DNA of 63,631 nucleotides, filler included, from Craspedostauros australis (GCA_030167865.1; 8 parts of 8 records of this genome joined end to end with filler, not necessarily neighbours in it); one strand, 5' to 3'; shown: positions 23,069 to 34,797, counted from the whole stretch's first letter. Numbers and translations are program-made. The notes: generated from the sequence alone by a model not told the origin.

Positions 23069-24091
23069 CTAGATGTTGGTGACATCCATGCCAGCCTCGC
23101 GTCGTGCCACGACGTTGCCCACCAGGTTGTTCAGGAAGATGCCCTTCGTCCGCTGTCCCACGCGTCCATTCTTTTTGACGATGACGCAAAACCCTTCCTT
23201 CTCAATATCGACGCCCTGCTTGATCGCCTCCGACGCCTCGTCGTTGATGACGTTCCTCCAGTTGTCCGCCACAACCACAGGCACGGCGACGCATCTGGGA
23301 AGGTCCGACTCTTGAACCGCTGGCGCCTTGCCTTGAGGCATGACAACGGGAATCACAACCAAATCATTCAGCTCCAGGTCCTGCTCCAGAGACTTCGCCT
23401 CCTCGATGACATCCGCAATTTTGTCCTCGCCGGCCGCCGCCAAAACAACGCGCTTCTCCAAACCTCGATTTCTGCGAAAGCTGCCAAGCGACGTCGTGAA
23501 GGTGCCCTGCGGCTGCGCTGTGCCCTCCATCTCCATCTCGAGCATGGACTTGGAGGCCCGCACCGTCAGCTTGGCCAGCTTGGCGCCCTTCGTGGCGCGC
23601 TTCAGACGCGATTGCTCGGCATCGACGTCGCGCTTGTACAGCAGACCCACGACGATGATGCCACCAATGTCGACGCCGCAGTTGATCAGCGATTCCTGCA
23701 TGAGGTCCGTGTTGATGCCATTGAGGGCCGCGATGACGCGCGTGCCCGAGATGAACAAGCTGCTGAGGGCGCCGCCCAATCCATTGAGGTACAGGAAGTA
23801 CCGCACCTTGCGGAACGGGGATTCGGCCTCTTCGCGCAGGCGAACGTCGCGCGAGAATTCCTCGTTGCTGTTGTTCGACAGCTTGAGGGCTGCGTGCGGG
23901 AGTACCTGATTCAACTCTTGCGCATGCGGCGTAGGCAGTTGCGGCACGCGAGACGGCACGAAGCCTGACACCATGGCGCAACTGTTGATCATCACGATCG
24001 CAGCAACAGCAACGAAAGCGCCAACCTGTGAGGACATGAGTGATGAGTGTCTGCTTATTCTTGTCATGGTTCTTGCTGGTGTGGATTGCAT
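23069..24091 (-). CDS. LPA1: LOW PSII ACCUMULATION 1-like (DUF3493) plastid-targeted protein
   Basis: RDVRLREEAESPFRKVRYFLY followed by two TM helices and a C-terminal NGRVGQR. The signal peptide ends VSG|FVP (ASAFAP-like). The real start may be a downstream Met. Confidence 0.8.
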   Translation of the reverse strand: MQSTPARTMTRISRHSSLMSSQVGAFVAVAAIVMINSCAMVSGFVPSRVPQLPTPHAQELNQVLPHAALKLSNNSNEEFSRDVRLREEAESPFRKVRYFLYLNGLGGALSSLFISGTRVIAALNGINTDLMQESLINCGVDIGGIIVVGLLYKRDVDAEQSRLKRATKGAKLAKLTVRASKSMLEMEMEGTAQPQGTFTTSLGSFRRNRGLEKRVVLAAAGEDKIADVIEEAKSLEQDLELNDLVVIPVVMPQGKAPAVQESDLPRCVAVPVVVADNWRNVINDEASEAIKQGVDIEKEGFCVIVKKNGRVGQRTKGIFLNNLVGNVVARREAGMDVTNI

Positions 24092-24560
24092 TCGTCTGAT
24101 TCAAACTTGCCCTACTCTGCTTTATGATCGTCGTGCTGAGATCGGGGAGTGTATGGTGTGTATGGGATGGTACCTACAGTGCCATGATAGTATGGTGAAG
24201 CGAAGCATGTGCGCACTCGCACAAACGCAGATGTGCAGGCAAAGAGATGAGCTGTTCAACTCTTGTGCGTTGTTTTTGTGATGTTTTTGCGCAAAAGAAT
24301 GAAACCTGTCGCGTCATTCCAGATTTCGTGTGGCTTGCTCTGACGTCACAACGATTGAAGTGTTCGGGAAACAGCGCAGTCTATGCCATTGCAACTAGAT
24401 ATTGTCGAAACATACCTACAACAGATGAAACCTTCACCATTCCACTACCCTATCATCATCAGTGTCCACGAAGAGATTGAACGTCTGGAAAACTAGTGTA
24501 CGCTGCTCGTGCTCTATTTACTCCGACTCTGTGGTATCTCGCATCTGTCTCTGTCTCATT

Positions 24561-25685
24561 CTACACAGATCGTCTCTTCTTGGTTTTCTTCTTTTTCGGG
24601 GCCTTCGTTTCGGATTGTGGTGCCGTTACGCTATCGCTGCCTTTGACCTTCTTTTGCGGTGTGCTGGATTGCGCTGCTTGCTTCTTGGGTGATTTGGATG
24701 GAGAAGCAACGACACTGTCACCCGCAGCGGCATCAAGCCCGTCGGTGGACTTTCGCTTCTTGCCCTTCTTTTTCTTGTCTGATGCTGGAGGAGATGTGAT
24801 GGATCCGACGCTGCCGACGGAATCCTTGCGTTTGCTCTTTTTCCCCTTTTCGGATGATTCAGACGAGACGCTATCAATGGAATCCTTGCGCTTGCCCTTC
24901 TTGGTCTTTTTCTTTTCAGATGAGGAGGGAGGCGGTGTCAATTCCTCTTTCTCCTGCTCCTCCTCCTTCTTTCCAGCTTTCCCCTTGGACTTCGATTTTG
25001 TCGGTGTGGATGGCGACGCAGTAGAAGCGGCAGCTTCGTCTTCCTCCATGCTCGGGAAGTCATAGTCGATGCCCAGCTTTTTCAGCTGCGATTGCTTCTT
25101 CTTCTGTCGACTTATCAGCTTTTTCGTGATTTCCTCCATCTTTCCGCCCTTGAGATTCGCGAGGTTGTGCTCGCGCCTCGAGCGTTCCTGCAGCCGCGCC
25201 ATCTCACGACGCGCAACGGCCTTTCTGGTATCGAAGAAGAGCCGCTTGATCTTCGGGTCGGGGATCCATTCACACACCAGACGGCGGTTCCCCACGAAGT
25301 ATCCCGACAACGTTTCCATGACGATCTTCGCGACATCATGGCTCACGAACTCCACAAACGCAAATCCACGCGGGTTGCCGGTCTTTGTGGATCGGCTCAG
25401 ACGCAATCGACGCAGGTTGCCGAACTGCTGCAGGAAAATCTTGAGCTCGCGCTCCTGGAACTCTTTGGGAATGTGCCCAATGTACAGAACTTTTGACAGC
25501 TTCGCTTCCTTGTCTCCTGACTTGTCGAGCGATTTGGATCCCTTCTTTTTCTGTTTCTTGAGCGCTCCCTTCTTGCTCTTCACCATTGAAATGCTGTCCA
25601 CCTTTGGTTCCGGTTCTTCGTCGCTGCTGTCCCATTCCGGTCCTGTCACAACCGCATCATCAATTTGAGTAGAGCGGATTGGCAT
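24561..25685 (-). CDS. NIFK: NIFK/Nop15-like nucleolar RRM protein
   Basis: VLYIGHIP..F.E.EL..F..QFG...RLRLSRSTKTGNPRGFAFVEF and LKKLGIDYDFP. Confidence 0.9.
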   Translation of the reverse strand: MPIRSTQIDDAVVTGPEWDSSDEEPEPKVDSISMVKSKKGALKKQKKKGSKSLDKSGDKEAKLSKVLYIGHIPKEFQERELKIFLQQFGNLRRLRLSRSTKTGNPRGFAFVEFVSHDVAKIVMETLSGYFVGNRRLVCEWIPDPKIKRLFFDTRKAVARREMARLQERSRREHNLANLKGGKMEEITKKLISRQKKKQSQLKKLGIDYDFPSMEEDEAAASTASPSTPTKSKSKGKAGKKEEEQEKEELTPPPSSSEKKKTKKGKRKDSIDSVSSESSEKGKKSKRKDSVGSVGSITSPPASDKKKKGKKRKSTDGLDAAAGDSVVASPSKSPKKQAAQSSTPQKKVKGSDSVTAPQSETKAPKKKKTKKRRSV

Positions 25686-26617
25686 CGTTGGTCATTTGAC
25701 ATTCCAGCACAGATGGGTGAGGGATATGGGTTCGTTGATTGGAGTTGAATCTCAAGTTCCACAAGACGGACTCGCTCCCACAAAACAGAACAGCGTGGAC
25801 GAACCAAGGCAAACGAAAATGAGGCTGAGCGCAGTTGTGGACTCCATCACCGTGGATTCACCACGCGGTTTCATTCGACATCAACTCATGGACCGCTCTT
25901 GACATCAATGATCAACACCAAAAGAGCAAACGTTAACGAGTCGCATACGGCCATGCAGGTATGCCCAACTCACCATCCAACTTGGCCAGCTGGGCCTCCA
26001 TCTCTTTTTCGCTCGCTTTCGGCATCTTCCGCGTCCAATTCGTTCAGCAACAGGACACGATCTCGATCCTTGTTTGTTGTTTGTTGTTCGTTGTTCGTTG
26101 TTCGTTGTCTTTCGCTTCTTCTCACGCCCTTCTTGCTATCCATGTATGATGGATGATGTTCGGCACCAGGCAGCCGGTAGTCCCATTGCCAACGACGGTT
26201 GCTCTTCTTCTCACCCTCGCTCGCTCTGTTCCTCTCTTGGCATCAACCACTTCAACAGAAAACTTGGTTGTTCGTTCCGTGGAAGAAGTGGAATCAGTTT
26301 TTTGGGTGGAGGAGATGTCAACGTACAACGGAAGGACGACAGATATCGTCGGACGACTGAATGGACTCATATCTTGTTTTTGGCGATCCAATTCTCCGCT
26401 CGACTCAAACGATCCGCTCGCTAATTTTTTTTGGCGCGGAACTGCGTCTGCCTCCACTATTTTTTTCGATTTGACATCACTTCGCGCCATTTGTTTCCTC
26501 ACAAACCTTGCACAGAAACGATTGTCGGAGGGAGACCAGAAAACATGCCAACATCACACTCATTCACTCACAACGCAATCAACAACAACAACAACATCAA
26601 CGGGAGCAACAACAACG

Positions 26618-28723
26618 ATGATGGCCACCACAACCGACGGCGCAACGATCCAATCGGACGTCGAGGTTACGGTGACGAATATGCATGACTTCCTCGAGTG
26701 TTGCAAACTCTGCCCTCGTCCATTGGAGCATGCCGATTCCAGTTCCACCGACGGCGACGTCCAGAAGAATGAAACGCAGCCGCTATCCAAAGCAGACACA
26801 CACAAGAGCGTTCATGGCCACGACGAGAATGATTCAAAGGACAGAATCATGATGAAGCAGCAACTACAGCAGGATGATGGAAATATGGAGAAGGCTGAGG
26901 ACGATCTTGATACGAGCACATTGATGCCGATCCAAATCATTACTGCGTCCAAGCAATGGATGGCATCACTCACGGCCGAGCAACTGTGCAAGTTGTTGAA
27001 ACGGTTGTCTCGAACGCTGTTTCGCAAACGCAGCAAGTCAAAGAGATCGTCGGACGCAACAAAATTAGCCTCAAGTCGCAAAGTCTCGATCGAACAGATC
27101 CAGCTGAATGTCATGATCGTGCTCCAGCTGTGGGGCTGCCATCGCCGTGTGTTCGTGGATCAGTTCACGAAGATATTGGCACATCGTGAATCGAAGTCGA
27201 AACGAAGCAATGAACCACGATCCAAAGCAACGGGTGGCACCAAGTCGCCCGAATCGTCGCAATTGCGCAAAGAACCGGACGAGACCGTCATCATTCGGTA
27301 CCTAGTTGACACGATTTCTTCTGCCGCCTTCCAATTGCGTCAGGACCAACAATTCAGCATCTTTCTCGCGCAATGCATACCACGATTCATTTACAATAAA
27401 AATCGCGATGTTGCCTGCCAAGTGTTCGATGCGTTCGAAGTGCCCAATCCCTACGAACCAAAGGCCATCTCCGATGATGCCGTTCACTTCCAGTCAGCGC
27501 CAACGCGCAAGTCGAAGAAGACAAGAAGAAGCAAGGCAAGCGACAAATCATCGTCGTCGTCGTCGTCGAAGAACCCCATCAAAATCCCAGCGAAGAAGGG
27601 CAAGCTATCCGGGCTGGCAGCCCTGAAGGCGGGCAAATCGATCAATCGGCTTGGCTTGAAACGTTCATCTACCCAACCCAGCCACTTCCAGACGAAGCTC
27701 GGCGACATGTCTCGCATGCTGGGTAAATCGATGGATACAAAGCAGAAGACGCCATTGAAAGCAACCAAGACAAAGACAAAGCTGAAGGCGAGCGACGAGC
27801 GGGCCATCATTACGCCGGTCAATCGCAAGGTGTCCAAATCCATGAGAATCAAGGAGAAGCTTGCGAAATCCGTCGCTACGAAGCGACGACTGTCATCTTC
27901 GTCTCCATCTCGAGTTCCTGCAACACCAACCAAAGCAAGAGCAACAGGCGAACACCCACTCGGCGCAGAATCGAAGTCAAGCAGCGAGGTGCTCGCAGCG
28001 CCAACCAACGTTGTGACGGCCGAAAAAGCAACCATTCGTACGAATGTACAAACCACAACGATGCCGAGTGTGGCGGAAACGCCCATCCGATCCAGACCTG
28101 GCAGCATGAATGGACCAGAGCCATCGGTACCGAGAACTCCCATGGAAGGCAGGCGGTTGCTGTTTGAATCCAACAACGACGTCGCGGCATCGCCACCGCA
28201 ACAGGACGACAATGACGATGACGTGTATGGACGCAGCCCACCCATTCCTGCAACGCCAACAACACCCAGAGCAGCGGCGACATCAACCCGAAAACGAAGT
28301 CGATCAAGCTTCGCAGCATCACCGCCGACAGGATCACTCGCAACAGCAGCAGCAACTACCGTTTGCGACACTCCCGATCGCAACTCACAAACCGTCGAGG
28401 CCACGCCCATCAAGCGGCGGTCCGTCGAACAGAGTAGCGACGACAGCAAGAGCAATAGCCCTGTGGCAAATGGCAACATCTTCAACGCCAACCGGAATAC
28501 GGCTGCATCGAATTGGTCACCATGGTCATCTCAGAAGGATGATGAGACAGAGTATCGCCGCAATCTCAAACCGCGCGCTATCAATCTGTTCGCCTATCGG
28601 GATGAATCATCTGGATTGCACCGATCTACCTCAGCGAGCGCGAAACCGACGGCGTCGCTGAAGAAGAAGAACACTGCACCCGGCAGGCATTCTCAGCCAT
28701 TTCAGCGGTATCGATCGGCATGA
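26618..28723 (+). CDS. Hypothetical nuclear protein; candidate Treslin/Sld3 homolog
   Basis: 701 aa from the ATG at 26618 (frame open from 26153). Helical block IEQIQLNVMIVLQLW...FSIFLAQCIPRF...VFDAFEVPNP and many S/T-P sites including SVAETP. Confidence refers to coding status; the Treslin identity is less certain. Confidence 0.8.
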   Translation: MMATTTDGATIQSDVEVTVTNMHDFLECCKLCPRPLEHADSSSTDGDVQKNETQPLSKADTHKSVHGHDENDSKDRIMMKQQLQQDDGNMEKAEDDLDTSTLMPIQIITASKQWMASLTAEQLCKLLKRLSRTLFRKRSKSKRSSDATKLASSRKVSIEQIQLNVMIVLQLWGCHRRVFVDQFTKILAHRESKSKRSNEPRSKATGGTKSPESSQLRKEPDETVIIRYLVDTISSAAFQLRQDQQFSIFLAQCIPRFIYNKNRDVACQVFDAFEVPNPYEPKAISDDAVHFQSAPTRKSKKTRRSKASDKSSSSSSSKNPIKIPAKKGKLSGLAALKAGKSINRLGLKRSSTQPSHFQTKLGDMSRMLGKSMDTKQKTPLKATKTKTKLKASDERAIITPVNRKVSKSMRIKEKLAKSVATKRRLSSSSPSRVPATPTKARATGEHPLGAESKSSSEVLAAPTNVVTAEKATIRTNVQTTTMPSVAETPIRSRPGSMNGPEPSVPRTPMEGRRLLFESNNDVAASPPQQDDNDDDVYGRSPPIPATPTTPRAAATSTRKRSRSSFAASPPTGSLATAAATTVCDTPDRNSQTVEATPIKRRSVEQSSDDSKSNSPVANGNIFNANRNTAASNWSPWSSQKDDETEYRRNLKPRAINLFAYRDESSGLHRSTSASAKPTASLKKKNTAPGRHSQPFQRYRSA

Positions 28724-29195
28724 AGGGAGTTGTTGGAAGCCCGGGATCTTTTTGGTCGTTATGGGCAATCCACATTACTTGCGTTCTCAGATTGAACGAA
28801 TATATAAACAACAACAATTGGCATAGGCTAATGCCTGATGACATAGAATAGAAACTCATTAGCAAACAGCAGACTCTTTCTCTTCGGCAACCAACCAAAC
28901 ACCGCGAAAGGCAGATCATATTGTTCCTCTTCTATTTACCCTTACGGCGTGCGCCATTCAAACTTCCTGCCTCTCGATCCTCTGCATTCCAAAGCTTTCT
29001 CACTATGTCCAAGTTGTCCTTCCCTGCCCTTCCCTGTCAGAGACCAAACGTAGCATGTGTCAACGCAAGTCCTCTTTTGGCTCCCAGCATCCAAGGAGCA
29101 TTGTTCATTCCGTGACACCACGCATCATCAACATCGTCGTCGTCGTCGTCGTCGTCGTCATCGCCATCGTCGCCACCATTGCTCTACCACGTCCT

Positions 29196-30167
29196 TCAGA
29201 TAGTGTGGAAGATGAGAGGCCCAAACACCGCGATCCAAAATATGGCGAACGCCGCATAGTACAGCCACGACATGTTGAATCGCACGAACTGGCGGTAGTT
29301 CCGCTTGCCGATGCACGTGCCCATCCAGACGCAGTGATGATCGTACCCGGCGATGCAGACGCCGCAATCGGCGCAGTGCGCACCGTCCGGTGGCTGATAG
29401 ACGGAGCAAAAGTCGCACCACCTCCACTGGGTGAGCTGATTCTCGGGCGTGCCTTCCGGGATCTCCGTGTCGCGGCAGATGCCGGGATCGCGGAAGGATG
29501 CGTCGCACAGCAGCACCGTGCAGATGCTGAGGAAGCCAAGGCACATGGACGCCGTGACGGCGCCCAGCGAATGGTGGAAGGTGCTTCTGATGCAGAGCGC
29601 CGTGGCGGCGATCAGGATCCCCACCACGCTCAACGGACCGAACCAATGCGGGCCGAGGACGCCCCAGCCGGTCTTGGCGTGGTACATCGGAAACATGATA
29701 TGCATGTTGCCAATGCGTTGCGCATGTATCGTGTTGCAGCAGAAGGAGCTGGACGCCCGTGACGGCGACCTCGTTGACGATCCAGATGCTCCGGACTGCT
29801 TGCTGCGATTCGATTTGCGGCTCGGCGATGAGTTGGGTAGAAGCTGCTCCATGTCATTGTTGTCGTCGTCGTTGTCATCCTCTGCATCGTCGGTATTGGT
29901 GCGAGTCAGCTCGATCTCTTCGTGCTGGTCGCTGCTTGCTCTGTATCCATCGACATCGCCCGATTCAATCTCCAACGCCTGCATCTTCGATGGCTTCTTC
30001 GCGGAGCCACCAGTGTTGCCGTTGTTGGTGTTGCCGTTGTTGGTGCTGTTATTGATGCTGCTGCGATCGGATTCTGCAACGAGTCCGTCTGTGGCCCTGC
30101 CATCGTCCTCCATCATCCCCACGGAATCCATCTCCACCGATGATGATAGCGAAGCTGGTGCTGACAT
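29196..30167 (-). CDS. DHHC protein S-acyltransferase
   Basis: DPG motif and CDFCSVYQPPDGAHCADCGVCIAGYDHHCVWMGTCIGKRNY. Confidence 0.95.
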   Translation of the reverse strand: MSAPASLSSSVEMDSVGMMEDDGRATDGLVAESDRSSINNSTNNGNTNNGNTGGSAKKPSKMQALEIESGDVDGYRASSDQHEEIELTRTNTDDAEDDNDDDNNDMEQLLPNSSPSRKSNRSKQSGASGSSTRSPSRASSSFCCNTIHAQRIGNMHIMFPMYHAKTGWGVLGPHWFGPLSVVGILIAATALCIRSTFHHSLGAVTASMCLGFLSICTVLLCDASFRDPGICRDTEIPEGTPENQLTQWRWCDFCSVYQPPDGAHCADCGVCIAGYDHHCVWMGTCIGKRNYRQFVRFNMSWLYYAAFAIFWIAVFGPLIFHTI

Positions 30168-30894
30168 GCTTCACGCTGGTCGTCCAACCGACAGGGATGT
30201 TGCGGAGATAGTGCACGACTCTTGGAATGATATCTTGTATTATGACTGCCGCTCTCCACTTCTGTGCGTATTAGCACATGTGCTGGATTACGCCTGCTCT
30301 CTGGACAACGCTGGTGAAGCAACGAGGGAGACCGTCAGCGAGGATGGGAGAAGGGCTATGGTGAAGCGGGGATGTTGTGGTGTGGTGCGATCCTGGTTGC
30401 AGTTTCTCGATCGTGGCTTTGCCTCTTGGCTGTTTTGTCGTGTGTGCAGAAGTTGTTGAAGTGTTCGCGAAAATGCTCTTTTTCTGGCGAAGGTCGTTTT
30501 CCACGGATCGGTCTGGAGTCACGGGAGAAACTCCATTTACACTCGAACTCCAAAAAATGATATGCTAACTACAGCTACCAACTAAGACAGACATAGTACA
30601 GTAAAGCGGCACAGTAGCGTGTTGCTATTGCAGATACAGAGTGTCGACATGTTCAACACCCCATTTGCTTCATTTGTTTCTGTTTTCGTTCAATCAGTTA
30701 CCTACTCTAAACTCTTCATACTTGTCAGAGTGAGAACCACGGTGTTTGGTTACCAGTGCTGTCGACCATTCAAGGTGGACTCTAACCTCAATTTGAACCT
30801 GTTCGATGCATGGCTGCTTCGGTCTCGTCGCTCCCGCTCTCGGCAGGTACGCTTTCAGCTTGCTTCACAACCATGAAGCCTTGTCCTGTCAATT

Positions 30895-33579
30895 TCATTC
30901 GGGCTTGCGGCGCTTCCTCTGGGGTTGGTTCGAACGGTTCATCTCCAAGTGCGACACGATCTTGTGATGTCCTTTCTCCTTTGCGAGATCGAATGGCGTC
31001 TTCCCGCTGTTGTTCTTAATCCTGAAGGCCATTTCAGCAACCGCATCACACATGAATAACTTCAACTTGGCCAACTCACCATCCTTGCACACTACATGCA
31101 ACACAGTATCTCCCTGGTTGTTTTGGATTGTGACATCGTACCCTTCTTCTTTGAGCATCCGCTCCATCTCATGGACGCCTCCCTTGCTGCACGCACAATG
31201 CAATGGCGTGTCTCCCATTTCGTTTTGAACATCAGCCACACACAAGGCTGATTTCACCAAACGATCGATCTCGTCCCCTTCGGCGATTTTGGTAGCTTCG
31301 CCTAATATCCTGGTTGACACGACTTTGTTGCGAAGCTGATCGTAGATCCGCGTCAGCTTGCTTGTGTGGTCCATGGAGAAGAATCCTCCATGCTTGCATG
31401 TTAGATGATACAAGGTATCGCCACACTTATTCTGCAGGTTGACATCCAAGGTGTCTCGAATTAAATAATGAAGGAACAATTCATTGTACGGCAAGAATCT
31501 CCGCAAAGCCAAATGCATTGGCGTGTCTCCACGGTCATCTTGAATCCCCACAACAGCTTGGTCATGTGCGATGCATTTGTCGAGCACTCTCGTGAACAGA
31601 TGATCCTTGTCGCCTGAGCATGCGCCGTGAAGTGCCGTGCTACCATTCCGGTCTTGAAGTGTGACGTCCACTCTGGATCCCTTGCGTGGTGCGAGCAACC
31701 AATTCGCAGTCTCCATGCAAGGTCCGTCACCATCTTGTGGTCCACAAGCTAGATGGAGCAGCGTGGACCCGTCCTCGTCCTGAAGATTGACATCGATTGG
31801 GAAATTCCGTTGATCCGCCAGGCGCAAGTAGCTGGGAAGACAGGGGTCTTGTTGCGTGTCCCTATCATGCTTCGCTGCGATATGGAAGGCGGTGTGGCCA
31901 TGCTGATTCTGGATGCGAAGGTCCAAATCTGCTTTCCTCGACTCCATGATACATAACACCATTTTGTGTGCCCGCCTTTGGCACGCGTGATGGAGTGGTG
32001 TGTTGCCTTGCTTGTTCTGGATGTTGAATGCAAGACCAATCTCCTCGGCGTGGATCAAAGATTGAACAACCTGGAGGTTTCCCCAGTTGCAGGCAAGATG
32101 GAATGGCGTATTGCCGTCCATGTTCTGCGCATTGACATCGACCTTGACGGAGCCTCCTCCAATCAGATCTTCAACGTTCCTCTTCCGGCCATGCATGCAC
32201 GCGTAGTGAAGAGGTGTGTTGCCCCTCATGTCTGGTATGGCACTGACGTTGGTCGCCGGATTCAGCGCAACCAAATAATTCATCACATCGTTGGCCGGAT
32301 TCGTAGCGGCCAGATGAATAGGCGCCATTCCAGCCTTGTTAGCCACGTTTATGTCAGTGTTGAACCGACTGGACTTCACCAGGTACTCGACTATATCTCG
32401 CGACCCGGACCAGCAAGCGTGATGAAAGGCCGTGCATCCATCGTCATCTGGAGCATTGACATTCATGTTGGCTTCATCCATCTCGAGGAGGTATTCAACG
32501 ATGTCTTGGTGTCCACGTCCACACGAAAGACGGAGCAAGGCGACCGCATCGTTGCTTTGAATGCCGTAATCAGGATCGTCCCGACTCCATCGAACCAGAA
32601 GCTTCACAACCTCGCTGTTTTCGCTTTGGCAAGCAAAGTGGAATGGTGTTTCACCTTTCTCGTTGCGGCTGGTTAGATCAGCGTTGAGTTCGTCGGACTC
32701 GAGGAACAGACAGACCAAGTCAATGCACCCGCTCTTGCAGGCGAGGTGAAATGAAGTGTCACCGTTTGCGCCAGCCACCTCCGCGAGCGTTGCAAGTGCG
32801 CCGTTTTGGAGCAAGTACTCAATCACTTCAACCAGTCCATTCTCGCAGGCCTTGTGAAATACCGTGTAGCCGCATTTTCCTTTGGCATTCATGTCAACAT
32901 CGATCATGCCGCATTCCAAAGCTTTCTTGACGACATCGGCATGCTTGTTTGCGCAAGCTGTCAGCAATGGCGGATCAAAAACGTCGTGTTGATTTACATC
33001 GATTTCTTCAGCAAAATGGTCGATGATGCGACAAGCCACAGCGCTGTCTTTGCGGGCGCATGCGAGGCCGAACGGAGTGACAGTAGCCTCGTTCGCCGTG
33101 TTGATATCGATGTTTATGTTTTGCGCTTGCACTAACTGATCGATGATCTCGACAGAACCTGCTTCGCAAGCGTGGGCGAAAGGTGTGTACCCATCGCGGT
33201 CATGCATGCGCATGCATATTCCGGCTTGTCTCGATCTCAGCAAAAGCTCAACCACCATCTCGTGGTCGTTCTTGCAAGCAAGATGCAGCGGGGTCCGATT
33301 CTTCCTGTCTTGCAAAGTCATGTCAAAGCCTTCGCTGAAATGAATCTCTTCGTCGTTGCTGCCTCGGTTAATGCCATGAACCAGTCTTGCGAGCGTTCTG
33401 AAAATCTCGAAGAGCTCATCGTGATCGCCCTCCGCGCTTACTCGATGGATCGGAGTTGCATCACAATCGTCTTGTTCGTCGAGGCTGGTCTTCAGATCGC
33501 CATACAGGAACATGCAATCTATCTGATTAGTGGGTATTGTGTGAGGCAGATACACTCTTTCGGGTGGGTTGGATGCCAT
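30895..33579 (-). CDS. Ankyrin-repeat protein
   Basis: Many G-x-TP-[LF]-H-x-AC repeats along ~890 aa and a C-terminal basic RKRRK. First ATG at 33579. Confidence 0.93.
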   Translation of the reverse strand: MASNPPERVYLPHTIPTNQIDCMFLYGDLKTSLDEQDDCDATPIHRVSAEGDHDELFEIFRTLARLVHGINRGSNDEEIHFSEGFDMTLQDRKNRTPLHLACKNDHEMVVELLLRSRQAGICMRMHDRDGYTPFAHACEAGSVEIIDQLVQAQNINIDINTANEATVTPFGLACARKDSAVACRIIDHFAEEIDVNQHDVFDPPLLTACANKHADVVKKALECGMIDVDMNAKGKCGYTVFHKACENGLVEVIEYLLQNGALATLAEVAGANGDTSFHLACKSGCIDLVCLFLESDELNADLTSRNEKGETPFHFACQSENSEVVKLLVRWSRDDPDYGIQSNDAVALLRLSCGRGHQDIVEYLLEMDEANMNVNAPDDDGCTAFHHACWSGSRDIVEYLVKSSRFNTDINVANKAGMAPIHLAATNPANDVMNYLVALNPATNVSAIPDMRGNTPLHYACMHGRKRNVEDLIGGGSVKVDVNAQNMDGNTPFHLACNWGNLQVVQSLIHAEEIGLAFNIQNKQGNTPLHHACQRRAHKMVLCIMESRKADLDLRIQNQHGHTAFHIAAKHDRDTQQDPCLPSYLRLADQRNFPIDVNLQDEDGSTLLHLACGPQDGDGPCMETANWLLAPRKGSRVDVTLQDRNGSTALHGACSGDKDHLFTRVLDKCIAHDQAVVGIQDDRGDTPMHLALRRFLPYNELFLHYLIRDTLDVNLQNKCGDTLYHLTCKHGGFFSMDHTSKLTRIYDQLRNKVVSTRILGEATKIAEGDEIDRLVKSALCVADVQNEMGDTPLHCACSKGGVHEMERMLKEEGYDVTIQNNQGDTVLHVVCKDGELAKLKLFMCDAVAEMAFRIKNNSGKTPFDLAKEKGHHKIVSHLEMNRSNQPQRKRRKPE

Positions 33580-34797
33580 GGCTGAATGCGGCAGCAATCA
33601 TGGGGTGAAGTCGACGGACGTCGGAACGGGCAAGGAGCGAGTGAGTTACTCTGCTGGAATCATAGTGTCGTACCATATGGGTATGCGCAACTCTGCTACG
33701 TCATGGTGTGATGGCAATGATCACGATGCGCTCTGCGCCAAGATCTATTGCATAGAGGTGCTTGGGTGCGAGCAACATGATCAACGCCACTCTGATGTCA
33801 TCACGTTGTTGTGCACGGCGCATTGACGCATCTGGCACTGCTGGATCGCCATGAGCAAACAAGAGTGCAGCGAGCGTCCCATCGCTTGTCGTCTCTCTCT
33901 CGACAGGTAACCCAGACGGCAGGACTCACCGAGATGCTTTCGTGATGTCGATGAGGAAGGAAGGTGAACTTGTGTCTGCTTTAGCCTTGCGTGCTGGTGC
34001 AGGAAATGTTCTTCGCGAGAGGAGCAATGCTGTGTTTGTCTTTTTGGATGGATTTGAATTGTGATGTTAAGGTGCGTCTGGCTTGTTTGTGCGCGCTGTT
34101 GTGTGTGGTTGTGCGCACTCGAAGGTCGCCAGAAGCTCGTTGTCATGTGAGCACGCGTTTCACCCAATGCCATGCGCAACTATGATTCCCGCATTGGCTC
34201 ATTCCCGAGTATCTTTTGCTCCACACGAGGAGTAGTCGAATTAATCGATCGTGACAACAATTCGTTGGATTCCGAGAATTTGGCGCGTTTCGCCGAACCG
34301 CGACAAACGAATCCAAGGATACATGAGAACTTGGCGTTCCTGGCATCAAAGAAAACCTCACCCGTTCCACATGTGTGGGGAGGGGGACACCAGTGCGGGT
34401 CGACTCTCTTGTGCGCAAAGGGATGTGTCACAAGCATCGTTGGGTGGAGGGGCGTCAGTTGATCACAAGTGCTGCATCCGACTCATACTACCTCCAGGTC
34501 GCAGTTGATGCACTCACGATAACACTAGTTGTGGAGTTTTGGCCCCTTGTTGTCACTGGTTTGCTTGCTTTTGGGAGAAACGGCGATTGGATANTTANAG
34601 CTATTNNGTGTTTGCTCTCGCTGATCCGTCTTCTACGTCACAGGGAACGTATTCCACGTCATGANAAACGAGTCACAACAGAGGAAGAGACATCGTGTGA
34701 CTCTTCCTCCGCAAGACAAGATGATGACTGCGCGCGGCGACAACAGAATGTGCCAGGCCAGGACAGCCAACAACACTCCACGTTGACCAGTCTCACA

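Noticed and set aside
17735..25685. Functional cluster of RNA-processing genes (RRM, USB1, NIFK)
   Set aside because: Unrelated genes are interspersed, which is compatible with chance in a gene-dense genome.
26153..26617. N-terminal 155-aa extension of the 856-aa ORF
   Set aside because: It overlaps the divergent promoter region shared with NIFK and ends in CAA/ACA-rich sequence like the 5' UTRs elsewhere in the window. The ATG at 26618 is preferred.
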